Positions 44,818-53,753 of a stretch of DNA of 64,000 bases are shown here, piece by piece (within the stretch, counting starts at the first letter, position 1; each line of letters begins with the position of its first letter). Source of the DNA: a virus; the IMG/VR virus record IMGVR_UViG_3300018424_007835, positions 1 to 64,000 of that record; one strand, 5' to 3'. A program made the position numbers and the translations under genes. The notes below the pieces were generated by a model. That model did no database searches and was not told the DNA's origin. It saw only the letters and a list, made by a program, of their open reading frames with translations.

Positions 44818-46315
44818 GGACCCATTGGAAGATCAGACAGTTCCGACTAAAGAGATGGCAGAAGAGTTATCTCGTATTTTGGGTTGTTCGGGGGCGCATA
44901 AAATTGGCGATGATGCGTGGGGCCCGTGTGAGTCTTCATCAGATTTAAAGAGGCTTATTCGTATGGGCAATCCTGCGTTTCGTGAATGGAAGAAACGTCA
45001 GGGTAAAGGTGGGTTTGAGGACTTGTTGCGCTTGAAGGCCGTTGGTGCCCGCAAAGGAATGTTTGATACGCAGGCTGAAGCTGAAATGGCGGCTGTGCGA
45101 TTGGGTTGCTTTGGGGCACATCAGGCGGGGCAGGGGCGGTGGGCTCCTTGTGGTACTCCAGAAGAGCATAATGCTGTTCATGCTTCAGAGCCAAATGGTA
45201 GAAGGGTTTTACGGGCAGCTAAGCCTGCCCGTCGTGTTATTACTAATCCTAAGGTGTGGGAAAACTTACGGGAGCGTGGGCCGCTTCGCATAGAGACGCT
45301 ACCTGGGGGTGGTTTAGTTTCTGGTAAGGCTGCCGCATCGGATTCGTTTAAGCCCACGGCTGGTATGGTTGAGGAAGCAAAGCGGGCTTTGGATTGGCGT
45401 AAAGAGTTTGGCCGTGGGGGTACTATGGTTGGTATTGCACGGGCAAGGGACATAGCTAATGGCCGCAATTTGCCGTATGCTACGGTGAAGCGTATGAAGG
45501 CGTTTTTTGATAGGCATCAGAGTGATTCTAAAGCGGAGGGGTATCGGCCGGGGGAGAAGGGTTTTCCTTCTAATGGTCGGATTGCTTGGGCGCTGTGGGG
45601 CGGTGATGCTGGGTATACGTGGGCTAAGGCTATTGTTCGCCGGGTGGAGGGTAAAGAGAAGTCTATTTTTGATTCGATTGAAGAGAAGCGTTTCTATACT
45701 CGTAAGCGTAGGGATGAGTACGCTAAGCGTGGATGGGCGCTTCCTGATGGGTCGTTTCCGATTAGGGATGTGGGGGATTTGCGAAACGCAATTCAGGCTT
45801 ACGGGTTAGGTAAGAATCGGGCTGCAGCTAAGCGTCATATTATGAAGCGGGCGAGGGCGTTGGGGCGGACCGATTTGATTCCTGATAATTGGAAGCAGAG
45901 AGAGAAAGCTGCCCGTCGAGGCGGTGATCCTAAAACTCCAGCTAAGCCGTCTGAGCGTATATCGGGGTCTAGTAGAAATAAGCCAGGGTCAGCGTCCGGG
46001 AAACGAAACAATATTGAGTTATCTGCGGCGGTGAAGAACTCCTTAAAAGATAAGGTTAAGACACACAATGAGAAAATGCGGAGTAGCGATAAGCCCGACC
46101 GGACTGTTACGCTGGGGCGTTTAACGGCTGTTTGGCGTAGGGGTGCTGGCGCTTTTTCGCAAACGCACCGCCCGAACATGTCTAGGCAACAGTGGGCGAT
46201 GGGCAGGGTGAATGCTTTTCTAAAATTGGTGTCTAGTGGAAAACCTTCAAACCCGAAGTACACGACCGATAACGATTTGTTGCCCGAGAAGCATCCACGT
46301 TATTCTAAGGGTTGA
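44810..46315 (+). CDS. Basic modular head-associated protein built from small phage domains
   Basis: Two GCxGAH..W.PC modules, VKRMKAFF.RH...IAWALWGG domain, ALPDGSFPI domain, RRGAGAF...QWAMGRVNAF domain; AGGAGG RBS before ATG 44810. Confidence 0.8.
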   Translation: MAKDPLEDQTVPTKEMAEELSRILGCSGAHKIGDDAWGPCESSSDLKRLIRMGNPAFREWKKRQGKGGFEDLLRLKAVGARKGMFDTQAEAEMAAVRLGCFGAHQAGQGRWAPCGTPEEHNAVHASEPNGRRVLRAAKPARRVITNPKVWENLRERGPLRIETLPGGGLVSGKAAASDSFKPTAGMVEEAKRALDWRKEFGRGGTMVGIARARDIANGRNLPYATVKRMKAFFDRHQSDSKAEGYRPGEKGFPSNGRIAWALWGGDAGYTWAKAIVRRVEGKEKSIFDSIEEKRFYTRKRRDEYAKRGWALPDGSFPIRDVGDLRNAIQAYGLGKNRAAAKRHIMKRARALGRTDLIPDNWKQREKAARRGGDPKTPAKPSERISGSSRNKPGSASGKRNNIELSAAVKNSLKDKVKTHNEKMRSSDKPDRTVTLGRLTAVWRRGAGAFSQTHRPNMSRQQWAMGRVNAFLKLVSSGKPSNPKYTTDNDLLPEKHPRYSKG

Positions 46316-46496
46316 GCGGTTTTGCTAGTAGTGTGATATACGTTATTTTTGGTTTTTGCGGCGCTGTAAGAGATTATTGTTAAAGTTCCCGTGGTTGCCT
46401 TTACTTTGGTGCTAGCATAATAGTTGACTGGTGTCACTGCTTTTTGGGTCGCCTGTCATTAAACAGTAAACATGTTAAACTCAAACCTTAGGAGGA

Positions 46497-47900
46497 ATGA
46501 ACATGAGTTTTGATGAGAGTCGTCTCAATGAGCTGAAGGGTGCTTTGTCTGAGAAGATGGCAGAGCAGCGTCAGATTGCTGATTCGATGCAGATTGAGGG
46601 GACTACCCTTATTGCTGACGCAGAGAAGAAGGCTGCGTTCCAGAAGAATATGGTTGACATCAAGGAAATTAAGGGTCTCATTGAGGGTCTTGGTGAGCTT
46701 GAGGAAGTTCAGAAGTGGGCTTCGGAGCCGAATCAGAAGAGCGTGGCTGCTGCGGCAGATGCGGCTGCTGATCGTCGTCCGCAGGCTTCGACTGTGGGTG
46801 GTGCCTTTTTGGATTCGCCTGAGTTCAAGGATTTGCAGGGTGGCCGAAATGGTTACACCATGCGCTCGCCTTTTGAGGTGAAGAGCCTTCTTACCAAGGA
46901 TATTCATCAAGGTACTCCTGGTGGGACCGGTTTTGCAGCCCCTGATATGTTTGGTGGAGTTGAGCGTGACGGTATTGTGCAGCTTCCGCAGCGTAGCCGC
47001 CGGGTTCGGGATCTTTTCCCTGCCCGCACGACTAATGCTGCGGTTGTTGAGTACTTCCGTCAGACCGGCTATGTGCTTAGCACCTACGGTACCGGTCGTG
47101 CAGTCACTCCTGGTACGCCGGGTGGTGACGGATGGCGTGCCGGGTTTGCGTCTGCGGCTTCGGCTTACATGGTACCTGAGCGTGATGGGAGTGAGTTTGG
47201 CATGAAGCCACAGTCAAGCCTTTCCTTTGTTGGCCGTCAGGCTCCGGTGCGCACTATTGCTCACTGGGAAGCTGCTCACCGTAATGTGTTGTCGGATGAG
47301 CCTCAGCTTCGTGGGATCATTGACAATGAGCTTCTGTACGGCCTTCGCCTTATGGAGGATCAGCAGATCCTTAATGGCGACGGCAGCGGCGACCAGCTTG
47401 ACGGTATCCTCAACGACAGCGACATTCAGGCTTATACCCACCCGAACTTCTCACCGGGCTACGCTTCGGCCGCTTCAGCGAACGAGTCCACTGACACGAA
47501 GGCTGACGCAATTCGTCGTGCGCTTACTCTCGCCTACCTGGCGAACTACGAGCCCACTGGCGTGATTGTCAACCCGATTGACTGGGAAGACATTGAGCTG
47601 ACGAAGAACAGCCAGGGCACCTACCTCCTTGCGATGTCGGTTGCTGGTGGCGCTGAGTCACGGGTGTGGCGGGTTCCCGTCATCGACACCCCTGCGATTG
47701 CTCAGGGCACGGCGCTGGTTGGTGCCTTCGGTACCGGCGCTCAGCTGTACGACCGTGAGGCGGCTTCGATCCGTATTTCGGAGAACTACGATGACTTCTT
47801 CACTCGGAACGCTATTGTTGTTCTGGCTGAAGAGCGCCTTGCCCTTGCGGTGAAGCGCCCCGAGTCGTTCGTTGCAATTACCTTAGGTGAACAACCATAA
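46497..47900 (+). CDS. Major capsid protein (HK97 fold with delta domain)
   Basis: Coiled-coil N-terminus; KPQS, VRTIAHW, EDQQILNGDG, FTRNAIVVLAEERLALAVKRPESF. Confidence 0.95.
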   Translation: MNMSFDESRLNELKGALSEKMAEQRQIADSMQIEGTTLIADAEKKAAFQKNMVDIKEIKGLIEGLGELEEVQKWASEPNQKSVAAAADAAADRRPQASTVGGAFLDSPEFKDLQGGRNGYTMRSPFEVKSLLTKDIHQGTPGGTGFAAPDMFGGVERDGIVQLPQRSRRVRDLFPARTTNAAVVEYFRQTGYVLSTYGTGRAVTPGTPGGDGWRAGFASAASAYMVPERDGSEFGMKPQSSLSFVGRQAPVRTIAHWEAAHRNVLSDEPQLRGIIDNELLYGLRLMEDQQILNGDGSGDQLDGILNDSDIQAYTHPNFSPGYASAASANESTDTKADAIRRALTLAYLANYEPTGVIVNPIDWEDIELTKNSQGTYLLAMSVAGGAESRVWRVPVIDTPAIAQGTALVGAFGTGAQLYDREAASIRISENYDDFFTRNAIVVLAEERLALAVKRPESFVAITLGEQP

Positions 47901-47925
47901 TCGTAGTTTAACGGCTTAGAGTTTT

Positions 47926-47955
47926 GCCCCCGGGTTTCGGCCCGGGGGCTTTCTC
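47926..47955 (+). terminator. Intrinsic terminator after the capsid gene
   Basis: GCCCCCGGG-TTTCGG-CCCGGGGGC followed by TTTCTC. Confidence 0.88.
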
Positions 47956-47984
47956 TATTAGTCGTGGCTTTGCTATAATAGGGT

Positions 47985-48725
47985 ATGCCAATATTTAATT
48001 TTGACGATGAAGATTCTGATGTTCCGATCCCTACGTGGACGCCCGATCAGATACAGAGCTTAGAGTCAATTAATCCTTTCTATGTACCTGGCATCGTTAA
48101 CCTGTTAAAGTTTTTAGTTCACGAAAAAGGAACTTTGCTGGACAGCGTGCTTGATTTAACTTTTGTTTTACATTCTGTTGCCAACATGGATAATAGCGAC
48201 TACACACTTAGCAGGACAGACGGTCTTGTTGCTATTGCGAGTGAGTTTTGTTTGATTGACTGTCTGTATGACGGATCGGTTTTAGCAGGAATTGAGATGT
48301 TAGATAACGCTGTACTGTTTTTGGCTTTGAACGATCAAGCAAATTTTGCTTTGGAAGCGGCAGTTTGCTTAAAAGACAAAAACTCCTCAATCATGCAAAC
48401 ATCGGCTGTGCTACCGTCACTTTCGCTGTTTGGGCATTGGGAAGAATTTGCGTCAACGGTACTCGCTTGCCTATTGACAAATGCTTCCACATCTAGTAAA
48501 ATGTCTACACTGTTTAAAGTGATCAAACATCTAGACATTGGAGTGAACTCAGAAATAGAGTTTGTTGACCACATAAGAAAGCTGTGTGCGGTTAATCTGC
48601 TGTCCTTAAACATATCCGAAAGTAGTGATGCTGTAGTAAGCATTAATCACCAACCCGCAGGGCTGTTTCTTCTATTTTCGAACCAAGAAAAACTGGCTAG
48701 ACGTTTAGCGGAGTTGTCCATCTGA
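47985..48725 (+). CDS. Hypothetical protein
   Basis: Leaderless TATAAT-AGGGT-ATG. Confidence 0.7.
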   Translation: MPIFNFDDEDSDVPIPTWTPDQIQSLESINPFYVPGIVNLLKFLVHEKGTLLDSVLDLTFVLHSVANMDNSDYTLSRTDGLVAIASEFCLIDCLYDGSVLAGIEMLDNAVLFLALNDQANFALEAAVCLKDKNSSIMQTSAVLPSLSLFGHWEEFASTVLACLLTNASTSSKMSTLFKVIKHLDIGVNSEIEFVDHIRKLCAVNLLSLNISESSDAVVSINHQPAGLFLLFSNQEKLARRLAELSI

Positions 48726-48841
48726 TAACTTTTTTGGACAACTGGTCTTTTCACAATAACTTGACTACTTACCGTTAGCACTGCCCGTTAGAATACAAGA
48801 ACCATCATTTTTACGAAGACATATATTTAGGAGGATTCGCC

Positions 48842-51709
48842 GTGTCTTTTCTCATCTCAGACGATCATGCCAACTCTTACGCCGACAAGATGCCACCTTG
48901 GGGATTCAACGGTTTAGGGTACGTTACTTATAAACGGACGTATGCACGCCCGATTTTTTTGAATAACTCCGATGTTATTGAACGGACAGAGGAGTGGCAT
49001 GAGACTGTGCAGCGGGTCGTTAACGGGGCCCAAGACATTGGCGCACAACTGTCTGAGGATGAGGCTATTCGTCTTTATGATTATCTTTTCAATTTGAAGG
49101 GCAGCGTTGCTGGACGTATGCTGTGGCAGCTGGGCACTCCGAACAACAAGCGTTTGGGTGGGGATAGTTTGGTGAATTGCCTTGGGGGTGAAACTGAGGT
49201 TGTTACTCGGGAGGGCATTAAGCGAATTGATGACCTAGCTGCTATTGGTTATGCTACGGTTATGACTGATTATGGTAAGTGGGTTAATGCTGATATCCGA
49301 AGCTTCGGTGAGCAGCGGCTTGCTGAAATCGTGCTTCGTCGTGGGAAGCAGGTAAAAACTGTTCGTGCTACCGCTGAGCATCGGTGGATTGTTCGTGGTA
49401 AGAACGGTCGGGAAGAGTTCTTTACTGAGTCTTTGCGACCGGGAATGAAGCTTGTTAGCATAAAAGGGCAAGGCACACATACTGCTGATATGAGCAACGA
49501 TGGTGTTCGTGCTGGTCTAGTTTACGGTGACGGTACGGTTTATAACACGGGCGCTCGTGCGTTTGTTGCTAATGCTGATCTTGCAGAGCTTGAACATTTT
49601 TTCCTTGATTACAAGTCAAGTGAAAGTGAGCACGGTGCGACTTTCTACGGCCTTCCACGGTCTTATAAAGCTTCCCCTGATTACAATGAGTTCCGTGGTT
49701 ATTTGTACGGTTGGCTCGCAGGGTATTTTGCTGCTGACGGGTATGCTCGTGATGGGAAGGGCGCTCAGTTGAATAGCACCAATATTAACTCGTTGCGTGC
49801 CGCCAAGGACGTTGCGACTATTATTGGTGTTGCTACTGGCCCTATTTACGAACAAAATCGTATCAGCAATCTTACCGGCAAGGAGAGCACCATTTATACT
49901 TTGCCGCTCCATATTGAAGATCCAGAGTTTTTCCTTTTGTCGAAGCATCGTGGAGATTTTGTGGGGCGTGCCAGCGTTGCTGATTGGAAGGTTGAGTCCG
50001 TTGGGGAGTATGGTGCTCCTGAGCCTGTTTTCTGTGCGGTTGTCCCTGAGACACACACGTTCGCTTTGTCCGATAATCTACTAACCGGGAATTGCTGGTT
50101 TGTGGATGTGCAGAAGCCTACCGACTTTTCGTGGGCAGTTGAAAGGCTCATGTTGGGCGGTGGGGTTGGTTTCTCGTGTGATAAACCTGAGCGTCTTGGT
50201 GTGGTGCGGTCTGCGTGGGTGGATCGTGTAGATGCTGATGATTCTGATTTCATTGTGCCTGATACCCGTGAGGGGTGGGGTGAAGTCATTCGTAAGGTGT
50301 TTGAGTGCTACTTGGGTGATGATGACAATCCACGTAAGATGACTTATGCTACTCATTTGATCCGCCCTGCTGGTGTTCCTATTAAGACTTTTGGTGGCAC
50401 TGCTTCTGGTCCCGATATTCTTATTTCTGGTATTGAGAAGATTTGCAAGGTACTTGATGGGGCTATCGGCCGTACGATGACTTCTGTTGAGGTTCTTGAC
50501 TGTATGAATATTATTGGGTCAATTGTTGTCGCTGGTAATGTTCGTCGTTCGGCGGAGATTGCTGTTGGTAGTCTGGATGATGAAGAGTATCTGATGGCGA
50601 AGCGGTGGGACCTTGGCAATATTCCAATTGAGCGGGCGATGTCGAATAATACTGTTTTTGTCAATGAGTATCAGATGCAGAATATGCCTCAGCTTGTTTG
50701 GGAAGGCTATGAGGGAAACGGGGAGCCTTACGGGTTTTTCAATCTTGAGGCTTCACGTAAGTTTGGGCGCATGGGTGAGGTTCGTCCCGATTACAGTATT
50801 GTGGGTGTGAATCCTTGTGCGGAGATTCCGTTGGCTAACCGTGAGTCTTGTAATCTGTCGGAGATTTTTTTGCCGATGATTGATTCTCGGGAGGAACTGG
50901 TTGACCTTACGCTGCTGCTTTATAAGGTTCAGAAGGCAACAGCAGCTTTGTCGTATCTTGATCCTGCGTCGGATAAGATCACTTCTAAGAACATGCGGCT
51001 GGGTCTCGGGGTTACCGGGGTTGCTCAGGCGTTGGATAAGGTTGAGTGGCTGGATCAGGCGTATGTGAAGTTGCGTGAGTTTGATATTGATTGGTCGGCT
51101 GAGCGAGGTTGGCCTGAGTCTATTCGCCTTACCACGATTAAGCCGTCTGGTACGCTCAGCTTGCTGCCTGGTGTGACTCCTGGGGTGCATCCTGGTTTCT
51201 CTCAGTATTTTGTGAAGCGGATGCGTATGGCTGCCACGGATGTGCTTGTTAACTATTGCCGCAGTAAAGGTTTCCACGTTGAGCCTTTGCGTAACTTTGA
51301 TGGTTCTGAGGATGACCGTACCGTGGTGGTGGAGTTCCCTTGTGCGTTCCCTGAGGGTACTGTGCTTGCTGAGAATATGTCGGCGGTAGAGCAGATGGAT
51401 TTGGTGCGTAAGCTGCAAAGGTTGTGGGCTGATAACTCGATTTCGGTAACCGTGTACTACCGTAAGGAAGAGCTTGAGGAGATTAAGGCGTATCTTGCGG
51501 AGTACTGGTCTGAGATGAAGTCGGTTTCGTTCCTTTTGCACAGCGAGCATGGTTTTGATCAGGCTCCGATGGGCGAGCTTACGCTTGAGGAGTATGTGGC
51601 CATGTTGGCGGCTACGACTCCTCTGGGGGAGAAGTTGTCAGGGTCAACGATGATGTCGGACGATGACCTAGACGACTCTTGTGCTACAGGGGCGTGTCCC
51701 GTTAGATGA
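48842..51709 (+). CDS. nrdJ: Class II (B12-dependent) ribonucleotide reductase, intein-interrupted
   Basis: YKRTYAR, GRMLW, N|C, GGGVG, GNVRRSA, NPCAEI, ESCNL, TTIKPSGT, C-terminal CATGACP. Confidence 0.94.
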   Translation: MSFLISDDHANSYADKMPPWGFNGLGYVTYKRTYARPIFLNNSDVIERTEEWHETVQRVVNGAQDIGAQLSEDEAIRLYDYLFNLKGSVAGRMLWQLGTPNNKRLGGDSLVNCLGGETEVVTREGIKRIDDLAAIGYATVMTDYGKWVNADIRSFGEQRLAEIVLRRGKQVKTVRATAEHRWIVRGKNGREEFFTESLRPGMKLVSIKGQGTHTADMSNDGVRAGLVYGDGTVYNTGARAFVANADLAELEHFFLDYKSSESEHGATFYGLPRSYKASPDYNEFRGYLYGWLAGYFAADGYARDGKGAQLNSTNINSLRAAKDVATIIGVATGPIYEQNRISNLTGKESTIYTLPLHIEDPEFFLLSKHRGDFVGRASVADWKVESVGEYGAPEPVFCAVVPETHTFALSDNLLTGNCWFVDVQKPTDFSWAVERLMLGGGVGFSCDKPERLGVVRSAWVDRVDADDSDFIVPDTREGWGEVIRKVFECYLGDDDNPRKMTYATHLIRPAGVPIKTFGGTASGPDILISGIEKICKVLDGAIGRTMTSVEVLDCMNIIGSIVVAGNVRRSAEIAVGSLDDEEYLMAKRWDLGNIPIERAMSNNTVFVNEYQMQNMPQLVWEGYEGNGEPYGFFNLEASRKFGRMGEVRPDYSIVGVNPCAEIPLANRESCNLSEIFLPMIDSREELVDLTLLLYKVQKATAALSYLDPASDKITSKNMRLGLGVTGVAQALDKVEWLDQAYVKLREFDIDWSAERGWPESIRLTTIKPSGTLSLLPGVTPGVHPGFSQYFVKRMRMAATDVLVNYCRSKGFHVEPLRNFDGSEDDRTVVVEFPCAFPEGTVLAENMSAVEQMDLVRKLQRLWADNSISVTVYYRKEELEEIKAYLAEYWSEMKSVSFLLHSEHGFDQAPMGELTLEEYVAMLAATTPLGEKLSGSTMMSDDDLDDSCATGACPVR
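49178..50092 (+). mobile_element. Intein (Cys1, penultimate Gly) with LAGLIDADG domain, 305 aa, at the RNR active-site Cys
   Basis: LVN|CLGGETEVVT...TAEHRW...GLVYGDG...GYFAADG...VFCAVV...LTGN|C. Confidence 0.93.
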
Positions 51710-51865
51710 CCTAAAGCTGTTGTATTATAGCCTTAAAAGTTGCGGCGGGTTGCACCTTGACGGTATAGAGTATTTTTGTACCGGCAAGGTGACTAACCCC
51801 CTAAGGAGGATGATTGTGGATATCGGTTAAGGTGCCGGTAACCGATAAGGCGATCAAGTATCTGA

Positions 51866-51902
51866 GCGGGGTTCGGTCTCTTGCACCGGGCCCCGCTTCT
51901 TC
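51866..51902 (+). terminator. Intrinsic terminator downstream of nrdJ
   Basis: GCGGGGTTCGGT-CTCTTGC-ACCGGGCCCCGC then TTCTT. Confidence 0.7.
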
Positions 51903-51914
51903 CTATAATAGGGT

Positions 51915-52280
51915 ATGAACTCTATGCGGGATTTCCATAAGGCTAAGCTGCATGTGGATTTGCAGTATTTGGCGGATATGATTGAAACTGTAGGGCTTTC
52001 AGAGACAGCTCCCATTGCAGATGATGGGGCTGTCTCTTTGTCGTATGGGCTTGCTTTAATCTGTGGTGCTAGGGCTAAGCCGTTCGTAGATGCCTTTCCC
52101 TACTGGTTGGAAGAGGTCCCTGCCGGGTATCGCTCACGGTTCTGCGCTTGCTGGGATGCTTTAGAGTTTGAGTTTGGTGAAGACATTGTGGTGTGGTCTG
52201 ATAATGCGGGAACGTCGGAGACTGTGAGGCGTATACGCAGTTTGGCGAAAGAGATTGAACATTTCAAATTGTCCTCTTGA
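51915..52280 (+). CDS. Hypothetical protein
   Basis: Same leaderless CTATAATAGGGTATG context as 47985. Confidence 0.7.
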   Translation: MNSMRDFHKAKLHVDLQYLADMIETVGLSETAPIADDGAVSLSYGLALICGARAKPFVDAFPYWLEEVPAGYRSRFCACWDALEFEFGEDIVVWSDNAGTSETVRRIRSLAKEIEHFKLSS

Positions 52281-52311
52281 CATCTTACCGCATATCGACT
52301 AAGATACGTGT

Positions 52312-52698
52312 ATGAACCACACCGCACGTTGGAATCAGTATTATACAGCTTTGCTGCAGTACAAGAGCAGGTATGGTGATGCTAAAGTCCCAAGTGGGCA
52401 CGTTGAATTTTTGGATTCTGGTGTTCCTTTGAATTTGGGCAATTGGGTTAGCTACATGCGGACACGATACAAGCAGGGTTTGTTGTCGGCTGAGCGTGTT
52501 GCTTTGCTGGAAAATATTTCATCTTGGAGTTGGGGGCCTGTGCGTCCTGGCCCGAAGTCAAAGGAAGTGGTGATTCAGCGGAATAGCGACATTGTGTGGT
52601 TGCGAGAGCATGAGGGTATGGCGTTGGAACAAATTGCCAAACGGTACAATCTATCTCGTCAACGTGTGTACCAAATAGTAAAGGAGAATAAGTTATGA
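52312..52698 (+). CDS. Helicase-associated (HA) domain fused to an HTH DNA-binding domain
   Basis: W...Y..L..YK.RYG...VP...LGNWV..MR.RYKQGLLSAER..LL; LEQIAKRYNLSRQRVYQI. Confidence 0.82.
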   Translation: MNHTARWNQYYTALLQYKSRYGDAKVPSGHVEFLDSGVPLNLGNWVSYMRTRYKQGLLSAERVALLENISSWSWGPVRPGPKSKEVVIQRNSDIVWLREHEGMALEQIAKRYNLSRQRVYQIVKENKL

Positions 52699-53003
52699 GT
52701 AGTGTTAATCCCGCCGCTGAAGCAGAATGGGAAAAAGTATTGAATAAGCTTTCGCAGGAAAACAAGCAAGGAAACTTGATTGTCACAACAGCTTCTGCGA
52801 TTTTTGCGATCTCGCTTGTGTCTGGCATATTGGCGTTTGCCGCTATGCTGGTGAATGCGGCGGTTCTTAGGGCGTGGCCGACGATTACCGTAGCCAGTCC
52901 GGGTATTGGTTACAGCGACGCTTTTATTATTTCGTCGGCAACTCTGGTTGCTTCGATGATGTTTTCAGCGACGTTGAGCGCTGTGAAGCGAGGGTCGCTG
53001 TGA
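52695..53003 (+). CDS. Two-TM membrane protein
   Basis: Two long hydrophobic segments; AAGGAG RBS. Confidence 0.7.
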   Translation: MSSVNPAAEAEWEKVLNKLSQENKQGNLIVTTASAIFAISLVSGILAFAAMLVNAAVLRAWPTITVASPGIGYSDAFIISSATLVASMMFSATLSAVKRGSL

Positions 53004-53509
53004 GTAGTACGACGACTGCTTCTGTGGACAGCCGTGTAGGAACCTGGGATGCTGCTGCACTGACGCATATTAATTATGTTTGGTATGGTCATCGCCCCGG
53101 GTTTCTCGCAAAGCCTCTCCTTGTGGATATTCGCATGCATGAGGACTATCTTATTGACACCTATTTCACTTTGGGGAAGGAGTTGACAGACAGCACTGAG
53201 TGGATTAGGTTGGCGCAGCTTGCATTGGAGTGTCGACCCGAACTTGATTCTGATTTTGTTTGGCGAACTTTGTGCAGTAAGCAGAATGATTATGGGCCCG
53301 ATAACATTGCCCGTTTTTCCCATAAGGGCCTCATTTTGAGGCTCCACGATAAGGTTGCTCGTTTAGAAAATCTGGTAGCTAATAATCGTGCGGCTACGAA
53401 TGAGCCGGTGGAGGACACGTATATGGACATTATTGGCTATTCGATTATTGGTTTGATGTTGTTAGATGGGAGTTTCTTTTTGCCTATGGGATACTCCTGG
53501 CAGGAGTAA
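53000..53509 (+). CDS. Nucleotide-modification-associated domain protein (DUF1599/Nmad-like, dATP/dGTP diphosphohydrolase-like)
   Basis: KQNDYG...RLHDKVARLENL...EPVEDTYMDIIGYSII. Confidence 0.78.
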   Translation: MSSTTTASVDSRVGTWDAAALTHINYVWYGHRPGFLAKPLLVDIRMHEDYLIDTYFTLGKELTDSTEWIRLAQLALECRPELDSDFVWRTLCSKQNDYGPDNIARFSHKGLILRLHDKVARLENLVANNRAATNEPVEDTYMDIIGYSIIGLMLLDGSFFLPMGYSWQE

Positions 53510-53569
53510 ACGAAAGCTCGCCTCCTAATGCGGTAATATATTGTAGAAGATAGGTTTAAGGAGGCAAGT

Positions 53570-53719
53570 ATGCCAGAGCCAATTGATATTGATGATACAG
53601 AGATAGATGTTTCCGATTTGCCGTCTAGACCTCGCCGCCCTCGCCGTCGTCGCCGTGGAGGTGGCCGAGAGGCCCTTGCTCGTGCCATCAACAGCATCCG
53701 CCGACGCCGTCAACGGTAA
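53570..53719 (+). CDS. 49-aa acidic/Arg-rich bipartite peptide
   Basis: Below the ORF-track cutoff; AAGGAGG RBS; MPEPIDIDDTEIDVSDLPSRPRRPRRRRRGGGREALARAINSIRRRRQR. Confidence 0.75.
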   Translation: MPEPIDIDDTEIDVSDLPSRPRRPRRRRRGGGREALARAINSIRRRRQR

Positions 53720-53753
53720 TTTTAGTTTGTCTTAGCAAGATTGGTAGTTAGGT

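Noticed and set aside
48726-48841. Cobalamin riboswitch or NrdR box upstream of nrdJ
   Set aside because: The leader is too short for a B12 riboswitch, and ACATATATTTAG is only a partial single NrdR-like match
50753-51550. 265-aa minus-strand ORF and similar long antisense ORFs (19409, 28046, 40735, 60581)
   Set aside because: Antisense to well-supported genes; a by-product of the strand-biased codon usage
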